Assembly: GCA_951406725.2 (NCBI GenBank)
Contig: OX597832.1
Span: 4,154,001 to 4,218,000 of the forward strand
Reading direction: 5' to 3'
DNA: 64,000 nucleotides
Origin: Octopus vulgaris
Lineage: Eukaryota
Made by a program: the position numbers and the translations under genes. Positions 25,957 to 39,294 of this stretch are shown here, piece by piece (within the stretch, counting starts at the first letter, position 1; the number at the start of each line of letters is the position of its first letter). Below the pieces are notes generated by a model. It searched no databases. It was not told the DNA's origin and saw only the letters and a list, made by a program, of their open reading frames with translations.

Positions 25957-26845
25957 TAGAATGGAAAAAGCGGGTGCAGAGTGCTATAATATTCTTAAGT
26001 ACTGAACCTGCGGAAAAGTAGAGGATAAGAAGAAAAGAACTCAAAGCATTGTTACTGTAGTTAGAATTTACTAAATAAATTTCTGAAATTGTTCAACAAA
26101 TAGTGTAAGTACGTTTTTGTTTTTTACATTCTTTTTGATCTTTACTGCATTAAAAAAAAAATTAATTGATATTTTTGACTTAAAAATTTGTTTGTCTTTA
26201 GCTAAAACATTTCTGTCTTATTTTTAGTATCATATCATTTTTTAATTTTATTTTCTTATCCAAAAGTTTTAAATCACTGATATTGTGTTAAAATTAAACA
26301 CATGTTGAATATTTGTAATTCAAAAATAACAGTAGAAAATGTTAAAAAGATAATTTTTTTAAAGAAACAATAGAATTAATTTCTTTAAAGTTTGCGTTAT
26401 CAGATAATAAAGTATTTTCTATTTACAGTCAGAAAAATATGTAAAAAAATGAAAACTAATGAATAAATTGAGTACGAAATGTAGAAATGACTCTCTAGCG
26501 TTTTTTAAACTTAATATATCCTCGATTTTGTTTAAATTGCTATTATGTGATTTTTTTTTTAGTGCTTTAAGCATTAAATTTGTAATATTAAATTTTTAAT
26601 GTGTAAACTTGCAGGTAATAAGTTTTTTCACTAAAATTGAAAATAAATAGCTTCTTGCGTATTTTAATTTAAACTTTTATGTGAAAATAAAAAATATAAA
26701 AGGGCAATTATTACTATTTTAGTTTTTAGGTTCTGATTTCAGCAACAATGTTTTAAGTTTTGGTTTCTTTTCACCTTGTCCTGTGCTTTTCCAGGTTCAA
26801 TATCTCAGAATATTTCTTCACTCTACGCCCGCATTTTTCATTCTA
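25957..26845. mobile_element. Long-TIR AT-rich non-autonomous DNA element (TAG...CTA ends)
   Basis: tagaatggaaaaagcgggtgcagagtg...aatattct...tgaacctg pairs with caggttca...agaatatt...cactctacgcccgcatttttcattcta. No TSD is evident. Confidence 0.65.
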
Positions 26846-27794
26846 ACCCACTTTTTTTTGTTTTAGAGGCAACACTTCTGTTATTATGATTACTTATATT
26901 TATCTTTATAGTTTTTCATTCTAGTAATACTAAACCTATGACAACTATTTTAGCTCAATACAAAGAAATTTGCAATAAAATGCAAAATTAAAATATGAAA
27001 ACAAATTTTCTCAAACATTTTCCTCGTCTTTTGTTTGGTAGCTAGTCACGTTTCTGGTTAATATCATACAATTTTCTCCAATATAATGACAGCTAACATT
27101 TGCCTGCCATATTAAAAACAGTAAAGGATTGTAATCACTAATAATTTTTCTCCGGATGATTTTCTTTGAAGTTGATGAAGCCTTTTAAAATATTTCCCAT
27201 TTCTTCTTAATTTGATACTTTCAGCAACAGGGAAAAAATTGAATCTTCAGCCTTAGGAAAGCCATATCGACATTTTCTGGTCCAATTTTTCCTTTTCCAT
27301 AAATTCTCAAGAAAGTTTTGCTACTTGAATGCATTTGCAATGACTGAACAAATCGCGAAAAAGAGTAATCTGCAAGGAAAATATTGTTCAATAAACGTTT
27401 GAATTTTTTCTAGAGAATCTTTGTCTTAAATAAGTGTTTGATCCATCCTAATTTTCATATGAACGTGAGGAGCCCCTCTTTGTTGATACTCTATTCTCCA
27501 AAGTTAAAGTGTGATGTTGCAACAAATTAGATTATATTTTGTCAAAAGCACTTTATTCAGTGTAGCTTGTAATTGATGATAAAAATGTTCACTAACAGCA
27601 ACAACATCATTTACACACAAAGTACTTGTTTTGATAGTTTCAATATATCTATTTTTATAAACGCACTTTCAAGCGCCGAGTGAGTTGGTATTTTACTAGA
27701 AATATAGAAAATCTCAAACGCAAAATAGCAGTGAAGACAGTTTGGAAGATCGGGAAGAAAACAGAAAAAGAAGTTTTTAAAAAAAGTGACCAGC

Positions 27795-27870
27795 AGACGG
27801 CTACAGAGAAACGAAACCCGTATCTCTCAAATGTTGGTTAAGCGATCTGTCCCATTAAGCTAGATGACCC
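27795..27870 (-). pseudogene. tRNA-like degenerate sequence
   Basis: A-box TAGCTTAATGG, weak B-box and a downstream T-run. The cloverleaf is poor. Confidence 0.35.
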
Positions 27871-28732
27871 TTGACAGTCGCTACTCTCTTTTATAATGTT
27901 AAATATCTTAACATGACAAAACTATTTTGATTTTTTAAAATGATCACCTGTTTTTTGTCAACGCTACACCACGTTTTTGTAGCTAATATCTTTTGTCGAG
28001 ATTTTCACCACAGGATTCCTCTCAAAGAAATTTTTTTTATATCAATACAACTATTGTATAATTTTCTTTTACTATAGCTGAGATATTTTGATTTAAAGTC
28101 AAATTTGGGGGTTACTTACGATTTTTTCGTCACTTAAAGTCACGCCACTGTTTTCATCGTTAATATTTTCTAACGAGGTTTTCACATGAAGACTCTTCAC
28201 AATGAGCATATTCTTTTAAACCTAAATAATCTATACTTTTCTTTTAAAATAACTGAGATATTATCATTCAGAGTCAATTTTTCACCTTACTCTCCCATTT
28301 TGATCTCACACATTTTGACTTAACTTCTTTTTTAATGAACCAAATTTCAGTTATTTTATTTCCAATGTAGCTTAATACTGAACCACCATTACTAAAAACA
28401 AAAAGAAAACTGCATTCAATTTGTTTGAGAACTGAATTAGTGGTGAAGCCTAAAACTGCTCGCGAATGACTAAAAGTTAACCTTAAGAATATATTCACCC
28501 ATAGTCGTGAGTGAATGATACTGTTCCTCTTAGCGGAGAGTACGCATTATACGAGAATTGATTCGGTCAAGCTGATAAAAGAAAAACTCCCGAGGCTGTC
28601 GCTAGCTGTTCTTCGGCTCTTGAGTTTACTTTATGGCAGTTTCTGAGAGATAGTAATATTTCACAATATCGAGTAGCATAGGCTACGAGATGTCGCACAT
28701 TTCAATTCAACAGGTTCTTAATGAGGAATTTG

Positions 28733-29116
28733 TGGAGGCGCAATGGCCCAGTGGTTAGGGCAGCGGACTCGCGGTCATAGGATCGCGGTTTCGATTCCCA
28801 GACCGGGCATTGTGAGTGTTTATTGAGCGAAAACACCTAAAAGCTCCACGTGGCTCCGGTAGGGGATGGTGGTGATCTCTGCTGTACTCTTTCACCACAA
28901 CTTTCTGTCGCTCTTACTTCCTGTTTCTGTTGTACCTGTATTTCAAGGGGCCGACCTTGTCACTCTCTGTGTCACGCTGAATATCCCCGAGAACTACGTT
29001 AAGGGTGCACGTGTCTGTGGAGTGCTCAGTCACTTACACGTTAATTTCACGAGCCGGCTGTTCCGTTGATTCGGATCAACCGGAACCCTCATCGTCGTTA
29101 CCGACGGAGTGCTTCC
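28733..29116 (+). mobile_element. Full-length tRNA-Arg-like SINE, family C
   Basis: A-box tggcccagtgg, B-box-like gtttcgattcc. Perfect 13-bp TSD aatgaggaatttg at 28720-28732 and 29117-29129. Confidence 0.9.
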
Positions 29117-29835
29117 AATGAGGAATTTGCATTACGGTATAATCAAAGATTCTGGCCTCAATTGTCAAAAGTCGATGACTGAAATTAACAAATATGTTTT
29201 AACCCAGCATGTAAGACAGTGCTCTTTGCTTAATAGTAGTTTGTTGTCTATTAAATGTACTGGACTGGTATCCCAAGACTTTCAGTTGACTCAAAGTTTT
29301 TCGTTCTCTCTACTTACTATGTATACTGTTACATCAAGTTACTATGCATCAGGATAAATGATAACTTCCACTCTTTTTTAAACTCCCCATAAAAGCGTCA
29401 TTCCTACAACCAAAACATACGAGTCTATCATGTATACGAATAACACCCTAAATATCCAACAATGAGGACATTAACAACCTGTTCTCATTCAATAGAACCA
29501 AGAAGCAGTCAGAACACATATCAATAAATCAATCCTGAATACTATTCATTCTCTATTCATGAACAGCTCACAGCTAAAACCCTCATTAAAAATGTTCTCA
29601 AATTTTCTGATGAGTTACATGATGAGCAGATATTTACAAAATTGCCAAAAATGCAGATCAGAAAGTTCAGTTGTCCTGAATAGTTGTAGACTGTCTATAA
29701 GTACAAATGTAACTCACATGAGGTTTTCAGCCTACAAATCTGGTATGACATAAATATTACAGATCGACTAAAAAATAGGCCATCCAGGTCACTTACGTAT
29801 ATACTCCCTCTCTCTCCCTCAGTTTCTGTCTGTCT

Positions 29836-29918
<83 letters not shown>

Positions 29919-30098
29919 CCAACAAGGTCCTTGATGTTCCAAACTCCGTTTTTTTTTCTTCGCATAGTGACCAGCATAAATTGAAGCTGACACCATCCAT
30001 ACCAACTTCATCAGTCACGGAAAGATTTCGTTCAAAGATCCAAGAGCTCAGATTTAGAAAAGTAGAAATTGTTTCACGTATTAAGTTTACTTGCAAAC

Positions 30099-30161
30099 GT
30101 CTTCATTTCATTTCATCTAGTTTCAGCTCACGAGCTGTGGCCATGCTGGGGCACCGCCATT
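30099..30161 (-). mobile_element. Isolated CR1-like LINE 3' tail
   Basis: The reverse complement atggcggtgccccagcatggccacagctcgtgagctgaaactagat is identical to 63006-63050. Confidence 0.8.
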
Positions 30162-30429
30162 AAAAGTTTTATTGGAGAATCCGGGTAAACACCCGTTACT
30201 GATGTTTATTGAACGAAATAGTTATTATTGGATATTGGCAATGGATCGCCAGTCCAGCTCGTTAGGAATTTAGTTTCACAATAGACTAAGTTTAGAAGAT
30301 TGGTTCAAGGGTGACATAGAAATAAGTAAAGAAATTTAGGTGTAACATACTTTTTAAAGAATGATTTCTTGTGTTCAGAAGATTCGTAAATCTTTAAATA
30401 GACAACACTCAGAATGACAGTAGACTTCT

Positions 30430-30870
30430 TCAACATTGTCTATTCCCAAATCAGTTATCTCAGCTTGCCATGGAAAGATCACGACGTATCGCCACCCAAA
30501 ATGAGTGGTGAAGTAATCTGTTCTCTTAGTGGTTCAGTACAACTGCGAGGTATGGCTAGCAAACATTGAGCAACATTGCGAAGTCCGCAGCTATGGGTTG
30601 CAGTTTTGGTGTCGCACGCTGCAGATTCTGTGGACACACTGCAAGACCAACGCATCCTCCCAGACCAAACTGGAAATCCACCTAGCTTGGTAAATACTGT
30701 ACACAACCTAAAACTGATATATTTTGACCATATATGCCACCAGCCATTCGACAGTCTCGAGTGGACTGTCATGATTGGCAAGTGTTGGTGTAGAACACCT
30801 CAGCAGTGAGTTGCTAAAACAGTAAATGAACAACTAATCTATATACCACTCACTGAGAACAGTCCCGAAC
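30430..30870 (+). pseudogene. Degenerate RTE ORF2 C-terminal remnant
   Basis: YNCEVW...FWCRTLQILWTHCKTN and LKLIYFDHICHQ..SLEWTVMIGK in shifted frames. Confidence 0.6.
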
Positions 30871-31193
30871 CGATCGCTGTTGTGAGCGCTTGCCAAGGAG
30901 GACATCAGGGATTGTTCGTTGACCTGACGGTACCTTGACGGGGAAGATTAACAAAACTATTTACTTTCTTAATAGATCTCTTAACACTATTTCATAATAT
31001 ATTTTTTAATCTTTAAAATTACAAGCATCTTAATCTAATGATATAAATAATCAATCACTATATACACATATATACAGTCTGTTTTATATCTTTATTTTGT
31101 TTTGTTTTTTAACCATATGACATAAACATGAGAATAAATCATCACAGGCGCGGTGAACAGCGAGATTTAAAACGATGACTTGCATTTTCATAT

Positions 31194-31720
31194 TAAATAC
31201 TTTCTGGCAGATTCCAACATGAATATACTAATTGCTGTTGTGGACAGCTTACTCTTGACGACGACTGTGTTCATAACACACTCGTTTCATTGGTACAAAG
31301 GATTCTGGGAAACCGGTGTTTTAACATGTTGTATCTTGTCAGCTAGAAGCACCTGGACTAATGAATCTAACAAGAACCAATACCCTTGTTTATGATTTTA
31401 GCGAACAAAATGTTCTCTGGCCCTAGCTGATATCTGTCAATCGGTAATAAATCGCCATGTGTCAGCTATTAGATATCAGATATCAGCACAGACCAGCGAA
31501 CAGTTTGTTGACTGAAATGAGAAACAAAACCAGCAGCTCATTCCTTGGTCCGTGTGCTAGTGACTGACGAAACACAACTCTGTCGAAGCACTGGTGTCCC
31601 AGAATCCCTCAATGAATCAAGTGCACTATGAACACATATTCGTTATAAAGGAGTTGTTTTCCCGTGGCATACAGAACAGCGATTAGCATTTTCATGTTCG
31701 AATCTTTCAGAACGAATTTA
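31194..31720. repeat. Long imperfect palindrome (~530 bp)
   Basis: Collinear complementary blocks, e.g. ggattctggga/tcccagaatcc, tgtgttcata/tatgaacaca, gctgatatctg/cagatatcagc. Confidence 0.85.
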
Positions 31721-32280
31721 GAAAAAATATCCACGACATCGCCAAAAAGATGAGAAATATATTCAGAACAGTCACTTCCCATGAATTTATTCAAAACAAT
31801 TCCAATCACTACTGCTACAACCACAACAGGACACTTTTAGGTCACTTGACCATTGAAGAACAGTCTACTACTGTCATAGAACTCCCGTCTTCTTCTTCTT
31901 CTTCTTCTTCTTCTTCTTCTTCTTCTTCTTCTTCTTCTTCTTCTTCTTCTTCTTCTTCTTCTTCTTCTTCACCGGCTCCTTCCTCAGCTGCTGCTGCTAC
32001 TTAAACAATCAAAATCCAGAACCAACATCCCTCATATTAACCTTTCCTTCAGATCCTTACCTACTGAGTCTTCACCAAAATAAAAGAGGGAGACAGACAG
32101 ACGGACAGAAAAAAGCAAAATGTCCTACCTATTTCAAAACTATGGAAATATTTTTAAAAAACATTTCATTATTGTTTTTCTTATTTTATTCTAAGTTGAA
32201 AAAGTCGAAAAGACTGAAACCGATACTAAAATGTTCATCATGATACAATTTTTTTAGTATTTTCTACCTTGTTTTATTTT

Positions 32281-32340
<60 letters not shown>

Positions 32341-32345
<5 letters not shown>

Positions 32346-32783
32346 AAAATCGAACAAAAAGTGTGTGTGTTGTTAGTTAGTGGTTCGGCTAGGTGTTTAG
32401 GCGCAAGAGAATATTTCCTCAATGCTCCTGGTGTTAAAAACACCTGAAACTAAGTCATACCCAAGCGAGACAACTCACATCAGATCCCTTTCGGAGCAAT
32501 AGACATCGATGTTTCGTCACTGTTGCGCTTTTCAATAACACGTACCGAACAAGGCCTGCTGAAAGCCTTCTTCGGAACGTGACATCGAAAAGTTACAACA
32601 ATGAGGAAACATCAATGTCTGTCGCTCTGAAAGAGACCTGGTATGAGTTGTCTTATTTGCCTAAGACGTACTTTCAGGTGTTTTAACACGAGGCGCATTG
32701 AAAAGATATTCTCTTACGACACAAAACGCAGCCGACCCACGAACTAACAACACACACACACGTCTGTTCGATTTTTTTATATA
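32341..32783. repeat. Long imperfect palindrome (~440 bp) adjoining (TA)n
   Basis: The arms pair end to end around a short loop aaggc-ctgctgaaa-gcctt at about 32551-32569. Confidence 0.9.
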
Positions 32784-32842
32784 CCTCGAGCTGCATCCAA
32801 TCCATATTCGAATATATATACATACATACATACATACATACA

Positions 32843-32947
<105 letters not shown>

Positions 32948-33149
32948 GGGAGACAGACAGACAGATAGATAAATAGATAGATAGATACATACATACATAC
33001 ATACATACATACATACATACATGCATACATGCATACATACATACATACATACATACATACATACATGCATACATGCATACATACATAGAGAGATAAATAG
33101 ATAGACAGATAGATTGATAGATGGATATATATATATATATATATATATA

Positions 33150-33252
<103 letters not shown>

Positions 33253-33256
33253 TACA

Positions 33257-33396
33257 TGTGGGTGTGGGTGTGAGGTGGGTGTGGGTGTGAGGTGGGTGTG
33301 GGTGTGAGGTGGGTGTGGGTGTGAGGTGGGGTGTGAGGTGGGTGTGGGTGTGAGGTGGGTGTGGGTGTGAGGTGGGTGTGGGTGTGAGGTGGGTGT
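33257..33396 (+). repeat. G-rich 18-mer minisatellite (gtgggtgtgggtgtgag)n
   Basis: Visible tandem units directly upstream of a SINE B 3' half. Confidence 0.85.
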
Positions 33397-33615
33397 CTTT
33401 GTGTCCATGTTTGCCCCCTACCACCACTTGACAACTGGTGAAAATATGTTTATGTGCCAGTAACTTAACGACTCATCTAAAGCGACCGATAGAATTAGTA
33501 CCAGGTTTTAAAAAACAGAATAAATACTGAGGTCGGTTCATTCGACCAAAAATTCTTCAAAGCAGTGTCCCAGCATGGCCACTGTCTAATGACTGAAATA
33601 AGTAAATGACAAAAA
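33395..33615 (+). mobile_element. SINE family B 3' half
   Basis: gaccgatagaattagtacc...cccagcatggccactgtctaatgactgaaataag. Confidence 0.75.
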
Positions 33616-33922
33616 ACAAATAGAGAAATAATTAACTAACGTTGAGCGTTTTAGATTAAACCCACTATGAAAACAGTGAAACGGTTCAACAGCCAAAATA
33701 GTTGAACGTTAAAATCTACGATGGCAGTAAAATTTATGCCCTGAGATTGTTTTCAGAAACAGAGACTATTTCACTAAGAATTCTTGTTTCACATGCTTTA
33801 GATAATGACCTTTCTATTGTATTTCTGTACCGTTATATAATAAACTCCCTGTGTTGTAGTATGTGTATCTGTATGAGAGTGTAAAAAGCTATGCTTGTAA
33901 ATCTGAGCATGTATGATTGTAT

Positions 33923-33986
<64 letters not shown>

Positions 33987-35100
33987 ATAGGTGGGTGCCA
34001 TTTCATCAGGTGAGAGACACTTAACGATACATCTTTACTGCTTACAAATCTGTCAACTTCTAAAGTAATTACTAGCCGAACATAGATAATTTTGTTAGAA
34101 ACCCTTTCAGGTGCGGAGGTCACTTCGTCAGTCCTGTAGGGCCGGTCGAACAAGGAGTCAAATTGCTTTTGAGATCTCCCATAGAACCTAACAACATCAA
34201 ACGCAAACTTTGTTATTTTTTCATCAATCTTGTTCTTTTCCATTTTTTCTCTTTCTGTTTTTGTTTTTGTTTAGTTTCCTAACTGGGAAGGCAACGTAAG
34301 AGATCGGTTAAAAAAGCAACACAATCAAACTCAAAAACAGAAGTGTATTTTTAGTAGAAGCAAGCAAAGCAAGGCCACCTATGATTACTTTGAAGTAGTT
34401 TCAGAGAGGGAAAGACATTCTACTTCTTGTTCCATCTTATAGCAAGGATTTGACATCAAAACCTTACAACTTCGTTTTTGTTTTAAAATACTTTATTTTA
34501 TTTTTCTATATGCTTGGTTTTTGATTTGTATTATTTTAATATTTTTTTCTGCGCTAAAAGTTTTTATTTTATTTTCCTTTAGAATCTTCTACTCATTAAT
34601 TTCTTTTCTTCCGTAGTTTCACCACATATACATACAGCAGGCACATGTATATACTCTCATACATATAACTATACAGATGCATATATACTGCACACACACA
34701 CACACACACACACTCACATAAATATAGCCGAGATATTTTTCATTTCGCATTCCCACGTCGTACACACTGGTGGCCAACAGGAAGATTATCTTATACACAA
34801 AAACAAACATTCCACTTCAGTGACGCTTGTTTCTTCCAATTACTTCTCCAATCGCTCTTTATATATTTTGAAATATTCACAATATATATATATATATATA
34901 TATATGTTCGAAACTTAGGAGAAAAAGATGAGATTGTATGATGTTCATGTCTGTCTAATTAAATTAGGATTCAACGGGGAATTGAAACCGAGTCACTGAC
35001 TGCTCATCGAAACGTTACATCATTATATGCGCCCACTAGTAGTTGAAGGACTTTGGTTAACTATAAGGCCCTTGTATGTATGTATGTATGTATGTATGTA

Positions 35101-35851
35101 CGAGGGTGAGTCAAAAAGTAATGCCATCTTGTTTAGGACAGGTATAATTACCAACACAGGAATATGTATCATACATCAAAATGAAGCTGGTCCTCTGTGG
35201 ATCACATCCCTACTTCTCAACATAGTCACCGTTTCTCTCAATAGCTATATTCCACCTTCGAATGAGAGCATGTATCCCTGTCCCGTAAAATTCTGTTGAC
35301 TGTTCTTTGAGACACTTTTTCACTACAGTTTTCTCTTCCTCGTCACTGGAATAATGTTTGCCTCTCAAACCCTCTTTCATGGGGCCAAAGAGATGATAGT
35401 CCAGTGACGATGATAGTCCAATGATAAGGAAGTGAAAACTGTAGTGAAGAAGTGGCTCAAAGAACAGTCAACAGAATTTTACGGGACAGGGATACATACT
35501 CTCATTCGAAGGTGGTCTCCCAGAACGTTCGTCAATATCGACATTTTTTCGGCCACTCGTACACTTGTGTGCGGCTCATACACTCCTCTCCATACACTTT
35601 CTGCAACTTTGCATAGGCCTCTGAGCAAGCATTGCCATGACAACTTACTCTGTCAAGGTCAATGCAACGATCACGCGTTACACACCTTCCTTCCCAAGCG
35701 CTGCTGTAAACAACGGAAGTGAGTTAAAACGTTAAAACTTAGTGCGCATGATCAGCAAAGTTGAAGGTCACTCTTTACCTAGCGGCTTTATTCTGCGTGC
35801 TTTAGTTTGGTGACTATGGCAACAGTCCGGATACTTATTGATCAGGCCTCG
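35101..35851 (-). mobile_element. Rearranged/chimeric mariner remnant in (TATG)n
   Basis: Minus strand gives DYHLFGPMKEGLRGKHY...EFYGTGIHALIRRWNIAIERNGDYVEK* and LQKVYGEECMSRTQVYEW. TA-flanked termini cgagggtgagtcaaaaagta and tacttattgatcaggcctcg. Confidence 0.8.
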
Positions 35852-36693
35852 TATGTATGTATGTGTGTGTGTGTGTGTGTATGTGTGTGTGTGTGTTTGG
35901 AGATGACGGGAGAATTTATGGCAAAAAGGTTTATAATGCCAACAAAATAGCTGGAATTATTAACAATATTTTCAGCTGGAAAATAAATTTGGTCAAAAGA
36001 AATGTTCACATTTGATTGTTGAACATGGAAAATCAGAGCTCCTAACACAAAATGCGGGCATTCTCTCTATCACTCCTGTTCCACACAAAAAACGCTACAA
36101 ATACCTAAGCATTGATGAAACCATATCATACCAAGGCGCTGTGAAAAAATATTGAGTTGCTCGAGAATATTACACCAAACTTAGAAAAACATGGCAGTTG
36201 GAACTCTCCTCTTACAACGAGACAATATACCACAATGCATTTGCTGTACCAGTACTGATACCAACATTTGGGTTACTTGACTGATCTTTTAGAGGAAATC
36301 CACTCCATAGACATTAAAATCTGCAATATCTTAACATCAACTGGAAACTTCGGCAAAAACAAAGATATCGACAGGCTCTACGTTGAAAAGATGTAAGCAG
36401 AAGATACTTGGGATCAGTACAGACAGACCACGAAGAACCGCAAAGCATCTCTCAGACAACATCTGATAAATAACAGAGGGACGCATAAATATATAAATCA
36501 AGTGCTGAAAAACACTTCTGTGTGACGGCAGTGTACTCCTCAGGTAGCGATCTCTTATTGGCGACTTCCCTTACAAGCCCAAAACAGCTGAACTAACGTT
36601 TCTCAAAGAAACTTAAAAGCACAACGCTCAGCATACAAAAGAAGAGATTATACATAGGTATGTTTTCCGAAGACTTGAAGATGATACTGATAT

Positions 36694-36908
36694 TGGTTCC
36701 AAATTTTGGCACAAGGCCAACAATTTCATAGGAGGGGATCAGACGATTACATCGACCACGGTACTCAACAGGTACTTATTTTATCGACCCTGAGAAGATG
36801 AAAAGTAAAGTCGACCTCGACGAAATTTGAACTCAGAACGTAATGACGGACGAAATGCCGCTAAGAATTTTGACCAGCATGCTAACGATTCCACCTGCTC
36901 TCCGCCTT
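36694..36908 (-). mobile_element. SINE family A (alternative tail) nested in the Dong remnant
   Basis: Family A body. Degenerate TSD atgatactgatat / acgacactaatat. Confidence 0.8.
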
Positions 36909-37149
36909 AAATACGACACTAATATCGATTCGAAGTGCAGTCTTTCTCGCACTGGCGGCCGCTATACCACATCAAACTGCGAAGGCTATGCATTTGCCAC
37001 CCAAAGACAGGAGATTGCTACAAAATACCCAATGAACAATAGGGTCAATGAAACCCTTGAAGCCTCAGGATGCAGCCGAAAATGTCGATCAATACATGTG
37101 AACACAGGCTGCCGAAAAATGTCACCGGCTCAATACAATATAAGGTCGC

Positions 37150-37197
<48 letters not shown>

Positions 37198-37267
37198 CCA
37201 TCCAAAAAATTAACTGTCCAGGGATAAATATAAGGAATCCTCCTAATATTGAATTCATACATACACA

Positions 37268-37412
37268 TCGTGGGGGCGCATGGCTTAGTAGTTAGGATGC
37301 TGAACTTTGGACTCGCGATCGTAAGATTGTGGTTTCAGTTCCCGGACCAGGCAATGCGTTGTGTTCTTGAGCAAAACACTTCATTTCACGTTGCTCCAGT
37401 CCAGTCAGCTAT
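37268..37412 (+). mobile_element. tRNA-head SINE fragment
   Basis: ggcgcatggcttagtagttagg...gtttcagttcc...ttgtgttcttgagcaaaacactt (CORE-like). Confidence 0.6.
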
Positions 37413-38164
37413 AGAAATGAGTTTAGCCTGAAGAGGTATGGGCTCCGCCAGGCTTTCTAACCCAAATACCCTGCATGGCTGCAGTGTCCCAACGACTCTC
37501 AATGGGTTAAGGGACTTGTCCAACATACACATCATCGCAAAGAATGTTGATGGAACATTTCCATTAAAACTTCTGCCAAGTGCAAACATAACAGGAACGG
37601 ATATAAGTTGTTTAGGACGGACGAGGCAAAGTATTTATTGTCATAGAGGTAAGCTGCTCCACTGATGTAAATATCTCTTTGATATCAAAGAGAAAGTGAA
37701 TAACTACGGACAACAGCTTCGGAACCTTCAGCTTCCACATCCAGATAAACCCACATTTATACCAATAATAACTGGTTTTGTTAGTAAATGTTTAAATGAC
37801 AATCTGGAAAAGTTAGGGTTTTAATAAAAAGAAATCAATTGGTTAACAGGCATATTCTCTGAACGGAATAGTGAAGATATGCAAAACTTTTCAGTTCTAC
37901 ATTTGACTGACAAAGAATTAGGGACCTTCTGTGTCTGTCTCCCGTTGTACGTTTTTTTCCCTGTCGTTTATTTACAATACATTTTTTCATTTATGTATAT
38001 ATAATAAGATAATACTGATGTATTCAACGCTAAGGTAAGCCTATTTCTCATATTTTCATTGCATTCCTCGTGTGTATCTTTACCGTGAGTTTATGGTGGT
38101 TTTTGGAGTATTGGCTCTGATTTTAGCAAGTGGTATTATATACCCTTCTGAATCTATATATGTA

Positions 38165-38583
38165 ATAAACAGATCCTATATGGGGAACTTGTTAGTTGAA
38201 AGAGACACCGGCAGAAACCAAGGATACGGTTTAAGGACTGAGTCAAGTTCTCATTAAACGCCTGTGATATGCGGGAGACCGACTGGGAGTGTAATGCCTG
38301 TCATCGCCACAGATGGAGAAAGTAGGTTAAGGAGGGGGTCGACAGCTTTGAAAGAGAACGTATTCTGCATGAAGAACTTAAGCGTGCTTCTCGAAAACGC
38401 TCTGCTAGGAAAGTGGATGGGGAAAGTTTGGTTTGCAATGTTTGTAGTCGTGTATGCTTGTCAAGAGCAGGGCTCATTAGCCATCAACGAAGCCGAAAAT
38501 GCAAAATATAAGTCAGTCCTAGAGCGCACAGTATTCCTAAAGGTCAGCAATGGTCTTCCTCGGTCACGAGTGGATGGCCATCT
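38165..38583 (+). pseudogene. RTE ORF2 3' end with terminal zinc-finger-like motif
   Basis: KQILYGELVS..KPRIRFKD...DWECNACHRHRWR...CNVCSRVCLSRAGLISHQRS. Confidence 0.8.
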
Positions 38584-38617
38584 TATATGTGTCTGTGTGC
38601 GCGCGCGTATGTGTGCG

Positions 38618-38677
38618 TGTTATAATTTAGAACAAGCAGTAAGTTGTCATTATAGTGCCCGGAGGATGAAGTTACGT

Positions 38678-38747
<70 letters not shown>

Positions 38748-39157
38748 GTGTGTGTGTATGTGCACATACCTATACATGTTTGCGTGAGTGTGTACGTATG
38801 TAGACGTTATAAAAGCAGGAAGTTTATATCTATTATTGTGAGAATATGGTTGTGTGATGCTTTGCAAACAACTTGCACACGGAAGTGCTACCAGTTGAGA
38901 ACTCCGTATACCGGAAGCCAGCAAGTGTATGGATTTTATCAAGAGAGAATGCACACCGTTTCGGGGCCTACCTTTTTTTAAAATATTTTTTCTTTTTTCT
39001 TTTTCTTCCAAATACTGTAACTTCCCTTTTATTCAACGCTTTTTTATAGCGCCTATTGCCATCAATAGCCGACGAGAATGCATCGTAGCTCTTCGATCCG
39101 ACATTCGAAACTCCGAGTACTATAATGGCAACTTACTGTTTGTTCTAAATTATAACA
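38618..39157 (+). mobile_element. Penelope-derived remnant with inverted 47-bp pLTR ends and a hammerhead-like motif
   Basis: 38618-38664 is the inverted copy of 39111-39157. Motif atag-CCGACGA-gaatg...cattc-GAAA-ctccga-GTA-ctat at 39065-39123. Confidence 0.7.
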
Positions 39158-39210
39158 TATAGAGATTATCCTCTATTTATCTAATACTGAGGTCTCATTC
39201 TTTTGCTGTT

Positions 39211-39294
<84 letters not shown>

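Larger units (their letters stand above)
35990..37990 (+). mobile_element. Degenerate R4/Dong-clade LINE (RT C-terminus to restriction-like endonuclease), interrupted by SINEs
   Basis: YKYLSIDE...AFAVPVLIPTFGLLD, EGYAFATQRQEIATKY, IEVSCSTDVN..KEKVNNYGQQLRNL..CLNDNLEKLGF. Confidence 0.8.

Noticed and set aside
33833-34243. 136-aa minus-strand ORF MEKNKIDEKITKFAFDVVRF...
   Set aside because: No motif recognised and it runs into a CA microsatellite.
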